From Nitrososphaerota archaeon (GTDB lineage: Archaea; Thermoproteota; Nitrososphaeria; Nitrososphaerales; UBA57): a stretch of DNA of 8,582 bases. This document shows positions 7,097-8,582 of this stretch, in pieces; position 1 is the stretch's first letter; the number at the start of each line of letters is the position of its first letter. Position numbers and translations under genes: made by a program. The notes under the pieces were generated by a model, which was not told where the DNA came from, did not search any database, and worked only from the letters and a program-made list of their open reading frames with translations. The DNA lies in contig PAVW01000006.1 of the NCBI GenBank assembly GCA_002713205.1, positions 139,204 through 147,785 on the forward strand, in the 5' to 3' direction.

Positions 7097-7139
7097 GTAA
7101 AATAAATGTTTTTTTCTATTAAAAATAAAGATAATATTA

Positions 7140-7880
7140 ATGAATAATATGAGATTTGTTGAAATATCTAAAATAAAACTAAAAAATCCGATTTTTATAT
7201 GCGGGTTACCAGATTCTGGCTTTGTGGGGAAAATTTGTTCGTATCATTTTATTAAAGGTGTAAAGGCAATAAAATTTGCAGAATTATATTCAGCGTTTTT
7301 ACCTGCACAGGTAATTGTTAATGAAAATGGTACAATAGAACCTTTAAAATTTGAGTTCTATTATAAAAAAGGCAAGCAAGATTTGATAATTTTTACTGGA
7401 GATGTTCAGGCAGAAACTGCTGAAGGTCAATATAATGTTTCAAATGCTGTATTGCAATTTATAAAGAACTATAATTGTATTAAGGTTTATACTTTCGGAG
7501 CATTTGTAACTCCTAATCCTTCTAATCCACCAAAAGTATATGGTACTGCAAATTCTAACAAATCATTAAAACAATTATCAAAATATGGAATTGAAAATAT
7601 GAAAAAAGGAAATATCATAGGTATGAATGGATTACTATTCTCTCTTGCTGATAAATTTGGTCTGGAAGGATTTGGAATATATAGTGAAACACGGGGAGAT
7701 TATCCTGATCCAAAAGCAGCCAAACAATTAATTAAAGTCATATCAAAAATCACAGGGTTAAAACCAAATTTAAGAGAACTGATTAGAGAAGAAAAAAGAT
7801 TAAAGAAGTTTCAGAATAAGAATAACAACATAGAATCTGAGACGGAAATACAAAATAAAACTAGTCGTTATATTACCTAA
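7140..7880 (+). CDS. PAC2 family protein (archaeal proteasome assembly chaperone PbaA/PbaB-like)
   Basis: 246 aa. The N-terminal FICGLPDSGFVGKI matches the G-x-P-G/D-x-G-x-VG box I associate with PAC2/COG1938 proteins, and size and architecture fit. Two candidate starts: ATG 7140 and ATG 7149. The latter lies 26 nt from the centre of a TTAAAAATA box (7119-7127) and would be leaderless. Confidence 0.7.
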   Translation: MNNMRFVEISKIKLKNPIFICGLPDSGFVGKICSYHFIKGVKAIKFAELYSAFLPAQVIVNENGTIEPLKFEFYYKKGKQDLIIFTGDVQAETAEGQYNVSNAVLQFIKNYNCIKVYTFGAFVTPNPSNPPKVYGTANSNKSLKQLSKYGIENMKKGNIIGMNGLLFSLADKFGLEGFGIYSETRGDYPDPKAAKQLIKVISKITGLKPNLRELIREEKRLKKFQNKNNNIESETEIQNKTSRYIT

Positions 7881-8328
7881 CCTGACAACTTATCTTTAAA
7901 GAAACGTCAGCAGGTAATTTATTTAATGCCTTATATTCAGATTCTTTAAGTGAAATTAGAATCTCAAAAAACGGACATGGATCTGGTTCTAATTTAGTCC
8001 TAGGAGTGCTACTAGACATAATGAATTCAATTTCATCGAGATAAGAGGGAGAAGGTAAATATCGAAACCTACGTCGGACTATTTTTTCAAAATAATTGAT
8101 TTTAATTAAATTAGAATCGTTATCAGTGGGTTGAATAGATTTTAATTCTAGTAGTAAACTTTTACCAATGATTTTGTTACTAGGAATAATTCCCCAATTA
8201 TTTAGAATTTCTTCATTTATAGTAAAACGGTTAGAATAGCTACCAATTGCTTCGATAACAAAAGGAGCATTAGATATATTAGAAATTTTAATTTCTGTAA
8301 TATATAGATCTTTTACTATTTTTACCAT
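7873..8328 (-). CDS. Hypothetical protein, no family recognised
   Basis: A 151-codon open frame in AT-rich, stop-rich DNA, with no competing ORF on either strand between 7881 and 8328. ATG start 12 nt after the stop of the upstream oxidoreductase gene. No TM helix, signal peptide or motif that I can name. Confidence 0.6.
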   Translation of the reverse strand: MVKIVKDLYITEIKISNISNAPFVIEAIGSYSNRFTINEEILNNWGIIPSNKIIGKSLLLELKSIQPTDNDSNLIKINYFEKIVRRRFRYLPSPSYLDEIEFIMSSSTPRTKLEPDPCPFFEILISLKESEYKALNKLPADVSLKISCQVR

Positions 8329-8340
8329 GATACTACTATA

Positions 8341-8582
8341 CTAATTCTGTGATATATTTTTATTGTGAAATCTTTTAATATTGAAACAATTAAAATCTGG
8401 AGATGGAGTTTTTTTTAAGATAATATCGGAAAGCAATTGTGAACAACCAGGAGCCAACATAATACCCAATCCATTAAAACATCCAATAAAGAATAGGTTA
8501 TCCTTTAATTCACCAATAACAGGTCGAAAATCTTGACTAGATGTATATAATCCAGACCATCTTTTTTGAAGAGAATTAATAG
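8341..8582 (-). CDS. FAD-dependent oxidoreductase, DAO (glycine/D-amino-acid oxidase-like) family, C-terminal 79 codons (5' end off the right edge)
   Basis: My own translation of the minus strand (not in the ORF track, since no start lies in the window): INSLQKRWSGLYTSSQDFRPVIGELKDNLFFIGCFNGLGIMLAPGCSQLLSDIILKKTPSPDFNCFNIKRFHNKNISQN, stop at 8341-8343. P-x-IG...G-x-x-G-x-G-x-x-x-AP-x-x-G-x-x-L-x-x-x-I is the typical C-terminal FAD-contact region of DAO-family enzymes. Confidence 0.6.
   Translation of the reverse strand, partial: INSLQKRWSGLYTSSQDFRPVIGELKDNLFFIGCFNGLGIMLAPGCSQLLSDIILKKTPSPDFNCFNIKRFHNKNISQN

Noticed and set aside
6914-7105. 63-aa plus-strand ORF spanning the ilvA 5' end and the intergenic spacer
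   Set aside because: It overlaps the conserved ilvA N-terminus in antisense and runs through promoter-like AT-rich DNA. Its translation is not protein-like.
1-8582. Search for defence islands, toxin-antitoxin pairs, CRISPR arrays, IS elements, integrases, or tRNA/rRNA/ncRNA genes
   Set aside because: Every sizeable ORF except the 151-aa one has a housekeeping assignment. Non-coding gaps are 1, 40, 53, 104 and 12 bp, too small for an RNA gene or array, and no terminal inverted repeats or spaced direct repeats were seen. I could not run covariance-model or BLAST searches, which would be the decisive check.

Overview
AT-rich (about 30% G+C by eye), very gene-dense archaeal chromosomal segment with 8 complete and 2 edge-truncated protein genes. 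By the coordinates below only about 210 of 8582 bases are non-coding. Archaeal origin is supported by two tandem PurP genes (FAICAR synthetase, an archaeal signature ATP-grasp enzyme), a geranylgeranyl-reductase-family gene and a PAC2 (proteasome assembly chaperone) family gene. Composition and compaction would fit a streamlined marine Nitrososphaerota/thaumarchaeal genome, but that is a guess. Gene order: GGR-family (partial, +) | purP-like x2 (-) | NatA-like ABC ATPase and NatB-like ABC-2 permease (+) | M24B Xaa-Pro peptidase (+) | threonine ammonia-lyase ilvA (-) | PAC2 (+) | 151-aa orphan (-) | FAD-dependent oxidoreductase, DAO family (partial, -). I see no rRNA, tRNA, CRISPR, transposase, integrase, or recognisable defence or toxin module, and no convincing novel multi-gene system; this is mostly housekeeping DNA. 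Points worth a second look: (1) the permease's conserved N-terminus and first TM helix lie in a stretch with no ATG/GTG/TTG but behind a Shine-Dalgarno-like box; (2) the upstream PurP paralogue has lost the glycine-rich ATP-grasp loop; (3) four genes start with TTG, two of them facing each other across a 40-bp divergent spacer that leaves room only for leaderless or near-leaderless mRNAs; (4) all three convergent gene pairs abut or overlap at their 3' ends; (5) an unrecognisable 151-aa ORF sits 12 nt behind the oxidoreductase.
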